In this document: positions 8,099 through 19,620 of the stretch, piece after piece | How the letters are laid out: each line of letters opens with the position of its first letter | How positions within the stretch are numbered: the first letter of the stretch is position 1 | Assembly (NCBI GenBank): GCA_016935315.1 | Contig: JAFGRD010000141.1 | Location: forward strand, 12,616-76,615 | Length of the DNA: 64,000 nt | Direction of reading: 5' to 3' | From: Pirellulales bacterium | Lineage (GTDB): Bacteria > Planctomycetota > Planctomycetia > Pirellulales > Thermoguttaceae | Position numbers and translations under genes: made by a program | Notes under the pieces: generated by a model | The model's database searches: none | Seen by the model: the letters and a program-made list of their open reading frames with translations, nothing else | What the model was told of the DNA's origin: nothing

Positions 8099-9097
8099 AT
8101 GAGTCAGCACTTTCAGGTGTTAATCGCCGATTTTCTCAACGACGAGCTCGAGCCGGAGCGGCGTGTGCTTGAGGGTGTGGCCGACGTGGCGGCGCTGGGG
8201 GCCCGGAGCGAGGACGCCCTTCTCGGCCGTATCGACCGGGCCGACGCGATCATTCTCTACCACGAGGTGTCGCTCTCACGCAGGTCGATCGAGCGTCTGA
8301 AACGCTGCAAGCTGATCGTTCGCGGCGGCGTGGGAGTCGACAACGTCGACGGCCCGTTCGCCCGGACGCAAGGAATCCCTGTGGCCAACGTGCCCGACTA
8401 TGGGTCGGAAGAGGTGGCCGATTCGGCAATCGCCTTGGCGCTCTCGTTGGCGAGGGGGCTTCACTACGTCAACTCGCGCCTCAGGGCGGGGCAGGGGAAC
8501 TGGTCGTATCGGCAGGTCGTTCCGCTCGCCCGGTTGCGGGGGAGCACGTTCGGTGTCGTCGGCTTGGGACGCATCGGCACAGCCGTGGCCCTGCGGGCGA
8601 AGGCCTTGGGAATGGACGTGGCTTTCTACGACCCCTACAAGCCCGACGGCTACGACAAGGCCTTGGGAATCCGTCGCGTCGAGACGTTGGCCGAACTGCT
8701 GGACCGGTCGCTGATCGTCAGCCTGCACTGCCCGCTCACCGACGAGACGCGGCACTTGATCGACGCCGCGGCGATTGCCCGAATGCGCCGGGGCTCGTAC
8801 CTGGTCAACACGGCCCGGGGTGGCGTGGTCGACGTGGCGGCGCTGCCGGAGGCCTTGGCGTCGGGGCATCTGGGCGGCGCGGGCATCGACGTGCTGGAGC
8901 ACGAGCCCCCGCCCCAGGATCACCCGCTGCTGGTCGCCTGGCGAGACCCGAACCATCCGGCCCACCACCGGTTGATCCTCAACCCACACGTGGCCTTCTA
9001 CAGCGAAGCGGGACTGATGGACATCCGCTTGAAGACGGCCGAGGCCTGCCGGCGGGCGCTGGTCGGCTTGCCGCTGAGGAACGTGGTCAACGATTGA
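8099..9097 (+). CDS. D-isomer-specific 2-hydroxyacid dehydrogenase (CtBP/PGDH-like, NAD-binding).
   Basis: GVVGLGRIGTAVALRAKALGMDV Rossmann motif; ...LVNTARGGVVD...; the catalytic H/E/R pattern is typical of the D-2-HADH family. Confidence 0.85.
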   Translation: MSQHFQVLIADFLNDELEPERRVLEGVADVAALGARSEDALLGRIDRADAIILYHEVSLSRRSIERLKRCKLIVRGGVGVDNVDGPFARTQGIPVANVPDYGSEEVADSAIALALSLARGLHYVNSRLRAGQGNWSYRQVVPLARLRGSTFGVVGLGRIGTAVALRAKALGMDVAFYDPYKPDGYDKALGIRRVETLAELLDRSLIVSLHCPLTDETRHLIDAAAIARMRRGSYLVNTARGGVVDVAALPEALASGHLGGAGIDVLEHEPPPQDHPLLVAWRDPNHPAHHRLILNPHVAFYSEAGLMDIRLKTAEACRRALVGLPLRNVVND

Positions 9098-9121
9098 TGC
9101 CCAACTTCCATGGGCGAGCCG

Positions 9122-9349
9122 CTACGCCCAATCGAGACCGGTTTCCCTCTTGATCCGCTCTTCGAAGTTGCCGAGCAGCCCGCCGATAACGTCCCAGCTT
9201 GCGGCCCGGCGGATCTCGATGTCGCCTTGGCGATTGACCCGTACCACGCTGTCGTCGGCCAGTCCCACGCTGGCCAGGTCTTCCGCGGTCAGTTCGTTGT
9301 CGCTGACCACCCGCCGCAGGGTCTTGCCCGACATCTCGATGAATCTCAT
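9122..9349 (-). CDS. Hypothetical small protein (start uncertain; the longer ORF runs to 9397).
   Basis: MRFIEMSGKTLRRVVSDNELTAEDLASVGLADDSVVRVNRQGDIEIRRAASWDVIGGLLGNFEERIKRETGLDWA. Same strand as, and immediately downstream of, ksgA. Confidence 0.35.
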   Translation of the reverse strand: MRFIEMSGKTLRRVVSDNELTAEDLASVGLADDSVVRVNRQGDIEIRRAASWDVIGGLLGNFEERIKRETGLDWA

Positions 9350-9428
9350 GATCTTTTGCCCACCGCGGTGGGTTCCTCCGGGACGCGTCTCCGCCAACCC
9401 CCATTGTAGTCACCGATCGGCAACGGGG

Positions 9429-10337
9429 TCAATCGCCTAGCTGGGCCCGGACGACCTCGCACAACTCCAGCATCTTTTCGACGTCAAGCTGCTCGGCTCG
9501 AGCCGTCGGCTCCAGGGCTGCTTGGACAAGAATCGCGTCGACCTCCGGCTTGCCCAGCCGCTTTTTGAAGGCGCTGAGTAACTCGCTGCGGAGGAATTTG
9601 CGGCGGTGGAAGAACATCGAGCGGACGAAGGTGTGGAAGAAGGAGCGGTCCGGGATGCGGCCGCTGAGGACCTCGTCGAACGTGATGCGGAGAATTGCCG
9701 AGGAGACCTTCGGCCGGGGCCAGAAAACGGTCGGCGGCAGAATCCGCACCGTTTCCACCCGACACTGGCTCTGGACCCAGATACTCAGCGCCCCGTAGTC
9801 TCTGCATCGCGGCGGGGCCGCGATCCGGTCGGCCAGCTCCTTCTGGATAGTCACGGTCATGCAGTGGGGAGGGCGATCCAAGGCCAGCAGATTGGTCAGG
9901 ATTGGCGTGGCCACGTTGTAGGGCAGGTTGGCCACCAGCTTCAGCCGCCGGTTGGGGGCGACGTCGAGCTGCCGGGCGATCGCCTCGAGGAGTTCGGAAT
10001 TCAACCGGTTCTTATTCTTCAGCGCATCCAACTCGAGCATCATCACGTTGTCGAGCTGGAACAGCTCTTCGCCGGCCAACTGGAACAACCGGTGGTCGAT
10101 TTCCACGGTGACCACGACGGCGGCCTTTTGGGCCATGAGCGCCGTCAACGATCCGGTGCCGGTACCCACTTCCAGCACCACGTCGTCTGCACCCAGCTCG
10201 GCGGCGTCCAGCAGCACACGTTGAAGATTCAGGTCGATCAGGAAGTTCTGCCCGAAACGCGTATGGGGCCGGATGCCCGACTCCTCGAAGCGCCGCATCA
10301 GGAATGAGAGCGTCTGGTTGGTCGAGGAACCGGTCAT
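9429..10337 (-). CDS. rsmA: 16S rRNA (adenine1518/1519-N6)-dimethyltransferase RsmA/KsgA.
   Basis: FGQNFLIDLNLQRVLLDAAELGADDVVLEVGTGTGSLTALMAQKAAVVVTVEIDHRL...ANLPYNVATPILTNLL. Start taken at the internal ATG 10337 (MTGSSTNQTLSFLMRRFEESGIRPHTRFGQNFL). Confidence 0.9.
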   Translation of the reverse strand: MTGSSTNQTLSFLMRRFEESGIRPHTRFGQNFLIDLNLQRVLLDAAELGADDVVLEVGTGTGSLTALMAQKAAVVVTVEIDHRLFQLAGEELFQLDNVMMLELDALKNKNRLNSELLEAIARQLDVAPNRRLKLVANLPYNVATPILTNLLALDRPPHCMTVTIQKELADRIAAPPRCRDYGALSIWVQSQCRVETVRILPPTVFWPRPKVSSAILRITFDEVLSGRIPDRSFFHTFVRSMFFHRRKFLRSELLSAFKKRLGKPEVDAILVQAALEPTARAEQLDVEKMLELCEVVRAQLGD

Positions 10338-10366
10338 GGCAGCAGCGGTGTGGGAGGCCTTGTGGT

Positions 10367-10966
10367 TTAACCCCAGTTTTCCGCTTCCGCCAGCCGCTGG
10401 ACGTATTTTGCCAGCATATCGGTTTCCAGATTCACCGTGTCGCCGACCTTCAGCGGCCCCAGGGTCGTCACGGCGAGCGTGTAGGGGATCAGCGCCACGC
10501 TGAACCGGTCGGGCTCGCTGTCGACAATCGTCAGGCTCACTCCGTCCACGGCAATCGAGGCCTTGGAGGCCATCTGCGCGGCCAGTTCGCGGGGGACCGA
10601 GAACCAGAAATTGGACCACTCGCCCATGTCCTCGCGTTTCAGCAGCTTGCCGGTGCCGTCGATGTGGCCGCTGACAAAGTGGCCCCCAAGCCGGTCGCCC
10701 ACCGCCAACGCCCGCTCCAGGTTCACCGGACTTTCCGGCCGAAGCTCGCCGAGATTCGTCCGCTTCAGCGTCTCCGGACCGGCCTCGAAATGCATGGTCT
10801 GGTCGTCGGTCTCGACGACGGTCAGACAGCAGCCGTTGACCGAGATGCTGTCGGCGACGGCCGTCTCGCGGGCGATCTTCGGCTCGCGGATGATCAACCG
10901 GCAGCCGGGCGGCTCATTGCGGAGTTCCGCGACGCGGCCCAACGCTTCCACGATTCCAGAAAACAT
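10367..10966 (-). CDS. ribE: Riboflavin synthase alpha subunit.
   Basis: MFSGIVEALGRVAEL...SISVNGCCLTV...HFVSGHIDGTG...SIAVDGVSLTIV. The two lumazine-binding repeats are present. Confidence 0.9.
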   Translation of the reverse strand: MFSGIVEALGRVAELRNEPPGCRLIIREPKIARETAVADSISVNGCCLTVVETDDQTMHFEAGPETLKRTNLGELRPESPVNLERALAVGDRLGGHFVSGHIDGTGKLLKREDMGEWSNFWFSVPRELAAQMASKASIAVDGVSLTIVDSEPDRFSVALIPYTLAVTTLGPLKVGDTVNLETDMLAKYVQRLAEAENWG

Positions 10967-11010
10967 GGCTTCTGCCTCTTACTTCCTTAGGGCCTTTCTA
11001 ACGATCTGTT

Positions 11011-11826
11011 TTAGAACAGCGGATCTTCCTGATGCCGCCGCTGGATCACCTTGGCCCAACCCAGACGCACCGGGCCGCAGAGTGCGAAAACGCAGCAGAT
11101 GATCGGCACCGAGTATCCGCGAATGACCATCACCGCCACCAACGCAAACACCACACCCACCACGTGCCCGAAGCTGCGCTGTCCGCGGAAGATCTGGTTG
11201 ACCACGTGCGGATAGGGAATCCGGGAAACCATCAACAGGGCCACCATCACGGCAAAACAGGGCAAGGCCGTTTGCAGCACAACCTCGATCTGATGCGCGT
11301 ATCGCAACGGCATTTCCGCGTTGCGCAGCGTGTGGAACATGATGCCAAAGCCGGCGATGGCGGCGGCGGCAGCCGGAGCGGGCAAGCCGCTGAACGAAAG
11401 ATGCTCGTCTTCGTCGCTGGTCTCCACGGTAAATCGGGCCAGCCGCAACGCCGCACATGCCGCGAACGCCGCGGCAATCACCCACACCGCTTCCTTGTGC
11501 AGGTACGTGAACCGCGGGCACATCTTCACCAGCAGAAAGCCCGGAGCGACGCCAAAGGTCACCAGATCGCAGAGACTGTCGAGCTGGGCGCCGAAATCGC
11601 TGGCCGTGCCCGAGAGCCGGGCAACGTAGCCGTCCAACGCGTCGAAGACCATGGCCAGGAAGATCAACCATCCGCTGAGCATCACGTTCTCGATGTCCAC
11701 CAGATTCATCAGTGCTGAATCGGGCTTGTCGACCCGGGCCGCCACCACGATGGCGAAAAACCCGCAAACCAGGTTCCCCAGCGTGAGCATGGTCGGAAAA
11801 ACGGCGATCGTTCGAGCCGGCCGCAT
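11011..11826 (-). CDS. pssA: CDP-diacylglycerol--serine O-phosphatidyltransferase (CDP-alcohol phosphatidyltransferase family).
   Basis: Multi-TM protein with DALDGYVARLSGTASDFGAQLDSLCD (the D-x2-DG-x2-AR...G-x3-D-x3-D motif). Confidence 0.85.
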   Translation of the reverse strand: MRPARTIAVFPTMLTLGNLVCGFFAIVVAARVDKPDSALMNLVDIENVMLSGWLIFLAMVFDALDGYVARLSGTASDFGAQLDSLCDLVTFGVAPGFLLVKMCPRFTYLHKEAVWVIAAAFAACAALRLARFTVETSDEDEHLSFSGLPAPAAAAAIAGFGIMFHTLRNAEMPLRYAHQIEVVLQTALPCFAVMVALLMVSRIPYPHVVNQIFRGQRSFGHVVGVVFALVAVMVIRGYSVPIICCVFALCGPVRLGWAKVIQRRHQEDPLF

Positions 11827-11842
11827 AGGTTGTGTCTTCCGA

Positions 11843-12844
11843 TCAGGATCCTTGATAACTGGCCATTGTCGTGGCTCCCGCTCTGACGCGCTGCCCCAGC
11901 TTCACCTCGATCTTCAGATCGGCGGTCTCGGGCAGAATCAACTCGGTACGGGAACCCAGTTTAATCATGCCGAACTTGTGCCCCCGGACAACCACCTCGC
12001 CGGGCCGTAGGTTACAGACGATCCGTCGCGCAATGGCGCCGGAAATCTGCCGGACCACCAGCTTCCGGTGCGGCGGGGCCTCTTCTTCCAGGCCGATCCA
12101 CGTGTTCTCGTTCCGCAGCGCGCTCTGCGGGTTCAGCGCGTTGAGAAACTCCCCGGGCGAGTAGCGCAAGCCGATCACCCGCGACCGGGACGGAGCCCGA
12201 TTCAGATGCACGTTGAAGATCGACAGGAAGATCCCGATGCGCACGGCCGGCCCGCCGATGAATTCGTCGTGCTCCAGGCGGGTGATCTCGGCGATCTTCC
12301 CGTCGGCCGGCGAAACCAGCAGGCCCGGCCCCTGCGGCACCCGCCGGGGCGGATCGCGGAAGAAATAGACGATCAGCCCCAGCACGATCCCGGGGACTAC
12401 CGCCAGATACGACCACGGGGCTGGAAGCAGCCACGCCGGCAACACGGTCAGCCCCAGCAACGGCCAACCCATCAACTGCAGCTCGGCCAGCCCCCATCGG
12501 GCAAAGGGCAATCGCTCGCGCCAACGGAACGGATCGCAATCCTCGTCCCACCCACAAGAACATCGGTTTCGGCAGTACTTCAGATCGCGGGGATCGAGGA
12601 CTTCGTGGGGCGCGGCCTCCGGTTCACCCCGGCGCAGTTCGGCCATCCGTCGCACGTAGCCCGGCCGAAACCGCTTCAGCCACCATCGTCGCCACCTACC
12701 CCAGGCAAGCTCGATCCGATAGCAGACCCCGCCGCCGGGCTGGACGCTGACAAACCCCTCCGGAAGGGGTCGTGGTTGGGATCTACTCTGGGAGGCCTCG
12801 GCAGTGCTCATGGTCGGGGTCAAAAGTCTGGCGGCGGCTGGCAA
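11843..12844 (-). CDS. psd: Phosphatidylserine decarboxylase-related proenzyme (archaeal-type, Asd-like) with an N-terminal Cys-rich or membrane extension.
   Basis: C-terminal ...VVRGHKFGMIKLGSRTELILPE... (GS[S/T] self-cleavage region). Adjacent to, and co-oriented with, pssA. Confidence 0.75.
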   Translation of the reverse strand: MPAAARLLTPTMSTAEASQSRSQPRPLPEGFVSVQPGGGVCYRIELAWGRWRRWWLKRFRPGYVRRMAELRRGEPEAAPHEVLDPRDLKYCRNRCSCGWDEDCDPFRWRERLPFARWGLAELQLMGWPLLGLTVLPAWLLPAPWSYLAVVPGIVLGLIVYFFRDPPRRVPQGPGLLVSPADGKIAEITRLEHDEFIGGPAVRIGIFLSIFNVHLNRAPSRSRVIGLRYSPGEFLNALNPQSALRNENTWIGLEEEAPPHRKLVVRQISGAIARRIVCNLRPGEVVVRGHKFGMIKLGSRTELILPETADLKIEVKLGQRVRAGATTMASYQGS

Positions 12845-12876
12845 ACCTTCAATTTAGCTCGTCCGGCTCGAATTGA

Positions 12877-14451
<1,575 letters not shown>

Positions 14452-14587
14452 GTGTTTCGCGGAGACCACGCAAGTCTCGGACCGAGGGTAGGCCCCGGCC
14501 GCCCTCGGCCCTGCTTGGGCAGGCCTCGCCTCGGCCGAGCCGAGAGAGAGCCGCAGAACATCCTGAAGAACCCTTTGCTGTGCCGCT

Positions 14588-15142
14588 TTGCGGAGTCGCT
14601 TTCCAATGACCACGCTCCTGGAAACCCCCATGCCCATCATCCTCTTCGGCATCGTCGCCGAAGCCGTGTTGGGTATTCTCCTGCTACGCACCGGGCGCGG
14701 CGTGCTGCTGGCCGCGATGCTCGGCGTGCTGGTGCTGGTGCTGGCCGGCGTGGGACTGGAATGGCTGGTGGTGACCGAGACCGAACGCATCGAGCAGACG
14801 CTCTTCGAGGCCGCCGCCGCCGTCGAGGCAAACCGGCAAGAGGACGTGCTGCGGTTGATCGACCCAGCGAACACGGAAAGCCAAAGGCTCATCCGTTGGG
14901 CCCTTGGGCGGTTCACCTTCACCAAGGCCAAGATCACGCACCTGGAAGTCAAGAACATCAATCGCCTGACCAGCCCGCCCACGGCCGAGGTGGAACTGGT
15001 CGGGTCAGTCTCCGTCCGGGGCGGCCCAAGCGACATCCCCTACGAGAGCCGCCCGATCAAGTTCGACGTCAAGCTGCGGCGGCAGCAGGATCGTTGGGTG
15101 ATTTCCGGGCACGTCTGGCACGACGCCCCGGGCATTCGCTGA
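14588..15142 (+). CDS. Hypothetical membrane-anchored protein.
   Basis: N-terminal TM helix PIILFGIVAEAVLGILLL plus a second TM; no homology recognised. Confidence 0.5.
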   Translation: MRSRFPMTTLLETPMPIILFGIVAEAVLGILLLRTGRGVLLAAMLGVLVLVLAGVGLEWLVVTETERIEQTLFEAAAAVEANRQEDVLRLIDPANTESQRLIRWALGRFTFTKAKITHLEVKNINRLTSPPTAEVELVGSVSVRGGPSDIPYESRPIKFDVKLRRQQDRWVISGHVWHDAPGIR

Positions 15143-15147
15143 CGCTC

Positions 15148-15816
15148 TCAGGGCTCCGCTGTCTGCGCCGGCGACGGATCGCCGGGCGGTCCTTGGGGCG
15201 CCTGGCCGGAGAAGCCGTGCGGCGAGTAGCCGGGAGCCTGTTGCGGCGGACGCGTGACACCCGGCGGCCGGCTCGGCAGCGGCGAGGACTCGGGATAGGG
15301 CGGATAGCCGGGCCGGCTTCCAGGGCCATTTCCGGGTGGATAGGATGGCGGCAGATATCCGGGGCCCCACGGGTAATAGGGCGGAAAGGGAAGCTGCCCC
15401 AGGCCGTACGGGTTCGACCACGACTGGAACGGCATCGTCCACGGTCCTTGCGGATTTCCCCAAGGGCCGTAGGGCGTGGCCCCCGCGCGGTACGGATAGA
15501 GCCATTCGCCATAGGGCCGGATCGAGTCGCCCGCTCCCCACGTCTGCACCACGTGCAGATGATCGGCACCGCTTCCCTTGGCGCGAATCGTCGAGCGGAC
15601 GTGGCGGTAGCCGCTTTGCATATACGTCGGGTCGGAGGGGGCGTACGCCGGGGCCTTGGCGGCGAATTGGTCCACCCGGGCGCCGGTCGCCGGATCGTGG
15701 CTGTAGGTCGAGCGCTGGAAGATCCAACTGGCCGCGGGCGAGGCCCCGCCGGTCTCCGCCCGGGCGGTCAAGGCCGCCGCCAAGATGGCGATCGCAAGTG
15801 CAAGCTGCCGTTTCAT
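15148..15816 (-). CDS. Secreted Pro/Gly/Tyr/Trp-rich low-complexity protein.
   Basis: Internal ATG at 15816 gives the signal peptide MKRQLALAIAILAAALTARA. The C-terminus is PYGPWGNPQGPW...PYYPWGPGYLPPSYPPGNGPGSRPGYPPYP. Confidence 0.55.
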   Translation of the reverse strand: MKRQLALAIAILAAALTARAETGGASPAASWIFQRSTYSHDPATGARVDQFAAKAPAYAPSDPTYMQSGYRHVRSTIRAKGSGADHLHVVQTWGAGDSIRPYGEWLYPYRAGATPYGPWGNPQGPWTMPFQSWSNPYGLGQLPFPPYYPWGPGYLPPSYPPGNGPGSRPGYPPYPESSPLPSRPPGVTRPPQQAPGYSPHGFSGQAPQGPPGDPSPAQTAEP

Positions 15817-15955
15817 GGGGAGTTCAATCTGCTGCCGGCAAGGCCGCCACGCCGCCGAATCGCGACGCGGTGCAGCGTTGCCTGATTCACGATGCGCACA
15901 ATCCGTCCCAACTGCTCCTTTCCACAGCCCCAATGCTGACCGCCCAGCGTCGGTC

Positions 15956-16600
15956 CTACTGGGCCGATTCCACCATCAGCACTCCCTTTTCCGGATCGTA
16001 GACGTACCGGTCGTCTTGTCGGAAGAGTTCGGGAAGCCTGATGGAGTTGGCCTCGATGACTTTTTCCATGAACTCTTCGTGCGATTTCGGCCCCCGGCCG
16101 TGCTCGGCCTTGAACATCTTCAGGCTGTCCTCGACCTGCAGCATCACGATCCGATCCTTCACGGTGAAATAGGTCGAGATGGGCTGGGTGATGATTCCTC
16201 CGCCGTAACCGCGCCCCTTCCGCCCGACGTTGTCACCCACCACGGCCTCTCTACGCTCGCCCTGGTCGGCCGGCGCCGCGGCCGGCTTGGCCCCGCCCGG
16301 CTCCTGGGTCTTGGACGGCGGAGGGGGAGGCGGCGGTGGCGGAACTCCTTGCTTGTCGGCCTGCGAATTTCCGTCGGCAGTCGCTGGCGGTGGCGGTGGC
16401 GGCGCCTTGCCGCCCATGCCGTTGTCCGTCTGCATTTCGACCGGGGCCAATCCCGCCACGCCGTCGGCGACGTTTCGCCGAGGCTTGTTGGGATCGAACG
16501 GGTCGTTCTCGCCGCAACCGGCCAGCGTCACGCCAGCCAGCAACGCGGCGCTCAAGAGGGTCTCCACTGTCCATCGCATGATTCGCCCCTCCTTACTCAA
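15956..16600 (-). CDS. Proline-rich lipoprotein.
   Basis: Lipobox LLAGVTLAGCGE; two poly-Pro tracts (PPPPPPP, PPPPPPPPPP); its start overlaps the surE stop (translational coupling). Confidence 0.6.
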   Translation of the reverse strand: MSKEGRIMRWTVETLLSAALLAGVTLAGCGENDPFDPNKPRRNVADGVAGLAPVEMQTDNGMGGKAPPPPPPATADGNSQADKQGVPPPPPPPPPSKTQEPGGAKPAAAPADQGERREAVVGDNVGRKGRGYGGGIITQPISTYFTVKDRIVMLQVEDSLKMFKAEHGRGPKSHEEFMEKVIEANSIRLPELFRQDDRYVYDPEKGVLMVESAQ

Positions 16601-17496
16601 TCCTGATGAGATGACTCCGGATCGCCCGCGAGGCAGTCGTCCTGGTCGCTGGGAACCACCTGCTGCATCCGCCGTTGGGTCCTCACGACCGTCCCCCGCG
16701 CTCGATCATCCTCCGAATCGTCTTCCGACTGCAAACCGCCAAGGTCAAACTGCCATGGCTGCATGGCCGCCAGGACCGGTGTTCGGGTCATATTGTAATC
16801 CAACGGCGTCAGCGTCACGTGGCCCTTGGCCAAGGCCGACAGGTCGGTTTCGTGTCCTTCGGTCGCCACCGGCGGGGCGCCGGTGATCCAATAGTATTCA
16901 CGCCCCCAGGGATCAATCCGTTTCTCGTACCGATCGCCGTAACGGGTCACGTCCATCGGCACCACGCTCACCGCCGGCGTCTCGCCCAGTGCCGTGGTGG
17001 GAATGTTCATGTTGTACAGTTGCGGTTCGGGTCCCTTCCGGTCGAGGATTTGTTCGATGATTCTGCGGACCAGCCGGGCGGCCTTGTCGAAGCGGGCGTG
17101 CTCGTCGAACTGCAGCGACACGGCCACGCTGGTGACGCCGAAGAACGCGCCCTCGATCGCCGCCGCCACCGTGCCCGAGTACAGCACGTTGATGCCGGCG
17201 TTCAGCCCGCCGTTGATGCCGCTGACGATCAGGTCCGGCTGCCGGGGACACAACTCGGTGATGCCGATTTTCACGCAGTCGGCCGGACTTCCTTCGACCG
17301 CCCAGCCCCAACGCGTCTCACCTTGGTACACCTCTTTGACAATCAGGGGGGTGAGGTACGTGATCGAGTGGCCCACACCACTCTGCTCGGTGGCGGGCGC
17401 CACGACACAGACCTCACCGAGCCGTCGCAATTCTCGCTCGATGGCCGCCAGCCCGGGGGCGTACACGCCATCGTCGTTTGTCAGCAGAATCAGCAT
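16597..17496 (-). CDS. surE: 5'/3'-nucleotidase SurE with an acidic C-terminal extension.
   Basis: MLILLTNDDGVYAPGLAA...GSPADCVKIG...DLIVSGINGGLNAG...SGTVAAAIEGAF. Start at the internal ATG 17496. Confidence 0.9.
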   Translation of the reverse strand: MLILLTNDDGVYAPGLAAIERELRRLGEVCVVAPATEQSGVGHSITYLTPLIVKEVYQGETRWGWAVEGSPADCVKIGITELCPRQPDLIVSGINGGLNAGINVLYSGTVAAAIEGAFFGVTSVAVSLQFDEHARFDKAARLVRRIIEQILDRKGPEPQLYNMNIPTTALGETPAVSVVPMDVTRYGDRYEKRIDPWGREYYWITGAPPVATEGHETDLSALAKGHVTLTPLDYNMTRTPVLAAMQPWQFDLGGLQSEDDSEDDRARGTVVRTQRRMQQVVPSDQDDCLAGDPESSHQD

Positions 17497-17919
17497 AAGA
17501 GATGGTGGATCGCAAAAACGGTTCCTTCCGCCGTGCATTATAGTCGAAGCTGCCAACCACCGCAACGATCTGTGATGCAAACTTTTGCGACAAAATGGGT
17601 TGCGAGAATTCCAGACGGCCTCCGCTGCATTACTCCCCGGTTTCTCGCCCGGAGAGGCATACCTCCGGGTGTTGGCTTTTCGCCACGTCCAGGCCACGGC
17701 CGTGTTGATCGGAGGCACCGTCGGCCTTACAGGCGACCGCTGACATTCAGCGAGCCACGAGGCCTGCCCGCGCCCAAGACCGGCCATCAACAGCCCCCAG
17801 CCCCCTCTGCGGAGTAGTAAACGTCCCACCCACAACGCCGCCCTTGCACCACATGCCAAGTACTGGTGGGACTGGCGGCCCGTTCCTATAATCCAAGGTT
17901 TCCCTCAGGGAGGATCTCG

Positions 17920-19470
17920 ATGAGCAAGATCGCCGATGAGAAGGTGCTGGTACTGGATTTCGGCTCCCAGTATGCGCAACTGATCGCACGCCGCGTCCGG
18001 CAGCAGCACGTCTATTGCGAGATCGTCCGCCACGACCTTACGGCCGAGCGGATCCGCGAGTTGGCCCCGATGGGTTTGATTCTCTCCGGCGGTCCGTCCA
18101 GCGTTTACCAGGAAGGGGCGCCGAAGTGCGACCCCGGGATCTTCGACCTCGGGCTGCCTGTGCTGGGGATCTGTTACGGCATGCAATTGGCCTGCGAGGC
18201 GATGGGCGGCGAAGTGGAAAACACCCCCGCCCGCGAGTATGGCCGGGCCCAATGCCGGATCACCCGCCCGGACCGCCTCTTTGCCGACCTGCCTGAGCAG
18301 ACGCAGGTCTGGATGAGTCACGGCGATCGGGTGTCCCGGGTCTCCGAGGATTTCCTCCCGTTGGCCGCCACCGACTCCTGTCCGTTCGCCGCGGTCAAGC
18401 ACCGCCGGGTGCCCGTCTATGGTCTGCAATTCCATCCCGAAGTGACCCACACGCCGCTAGGCACGAGGATTCTGGGCAATTTCCTGCAGTCGATCTGCCG
18501 GTGTTCCCGCACCTGGAAGCTGGGCGATTTCGCTCGCGAAACAATCGAGGCCGTGCGGCAGCGGGTGGGCAGCGGTCGCGTGATTTGCGGGCTTTCCGGC
18601 GGGGTCGATTCGTCGGTTGTCGCGGCGTTGCTCGCGCAGGCCATCGGCGAGCAGCTTTCCTGCATCCTGGTCGACAACGGGCTGCTGCGCAAGGGCGAAA
18701 CGGAATCGGTCATCGGCGAGTTCACCAACCACTTTCAGACCGATCTGCACGTGATCCACGCCGAGGCCAAGTTCTTGGATGCGCTGGCCGGAGTGATTGA
18801 TCCCCAGGAGAAGCGGCGCCGCATCGGTCATGCGTTCATCGAGTGTTTTTCCGAAGAGGCCGCGCGGATCAAGGGGGCCCGATTTCTGGCCCAGGGAACG
18901 CTCTACCCCGACGTGATCGAAAGCGGCGGCTCGATCGACGGCCCGGCGGCGACGATCAAGCTGCACCACAACGTCGGCGGGCTGCCCAAGGACCTGGACT
19001 TCGAGCTGATCGAACCGCTGCGCGACCTGTTCAAGGACGAGGTCCGCAGCCTCGGCCTCCAGTTGGGACTGCCGGAAGACATCGTCTGGCGCCACCCGTT
19101 CCCCGGTCCGGGGCTGGCCGTGCGGTGCCTGGGCGAGGTGACCAGAGAGCGGCTGGCCAAGCTCCGCGAGGCGGACGCCCTGGTCGTCGAGGAGATCAAG
19201 GCGGCCGGGTTGTATCGGAAGACGGCCCAGTCGTTCGCCGTGCTACTGCCGGTGCAGAGCGTCGGCGTGATGGGCGACGCGAGGACCTACGAAGACGTGG
19301 TCGCCGTCCGGTCAATCGACACCGAGGACTTCATGACGGCCGATTGGAGCCAATTGCCCCACGAGTTGCTCGGCCGCATCGCCACGCGGATGATCAACGA
19401 GGTGCCCGGCGTGAACCGAGTCGTCTACGACATCAGCTCCAAGCCGCCGGCGACAATCGAGTGGGAGTAG
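17920..19470 (+). CDS. guaA: GMP synthase (glutamine-hydrolysing).
   Basis: [27 protein letters not shown]...GICYGMQL...SGGVDSSV...; full GATase plus ATP-PPase. Confidence 0.97.
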   Translation: MSKIADEKVLVLDFGSQYAQLIARRVRQQHVYCEIVRHDLTAERIRELAPMGLILSGGPSSVYQEGAPKCDPGIFDLGLPVLGICYGMQLACEAMGGEVENTPAREYGRAQCRITRPDRLFADLPEQTQVWMSHGDRVSRVSEDFLPLAATDSCPFAAVKHRRVPVYGLQFHPEVTHTPLGTRILGNFLQSICRCSRTWKLGDFARETIEAVRQRVGSGRVICGLSGGVDSSVVAALLAQAIGEQLSCILVDNGLLRKGETESVIGEFTNHFQTDLHVIHAEAKFLDALAGVIDPQEKRRRIGHAFIECFSEEAARIKGARFLAQGTLYPDVIESGGSIDGPAATIKLHHNVGGLPKDLDFELIEPLRDLFKDEVRSLGLQLGLPEDIVWRHPFPGPGLAVRCLGEVTRERLAKLREADALVVEEIKAAGLYRKTAQSFAVLLPVQSVGVMGDARTYEDVVAVRSIDTEDFMTADWSQLPHELLGRIATRMINEVPGVNRVVYDISSKPPATIEWE

Positions 19471-19505
19471 GTCTTTTCGTCTGCCGCCCCCCTGCTTGAC
19501 ACAAG

Positions 19506-19535
19506 GTCTCGCCCTGCGGTAAAATGGCGACGATC
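19506..19535 (+). promoter_or_regulatory. Sigma70-like promoter: TTGACA, 18-nt spacer, TAAAAT. Located upstream of the vWA gene.
   Basis: cTTGACAcaaggtctcgccctgcggTAAAATgg. A near-consensus -35/-10 is rare in this GC-rich sequence. It lies about 85 bp upstream of the 19621 start. Confidence 0.45.
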
Positions 19536-19620
19536 ACCGTGGCTGCCGTCGTGGGCCCGTCGGGGCCCTCCTCTCGGGCGAGGTAGCGTTTGCAGAAGCC
19601 GCTAACCGTCGCGGTCCGCC

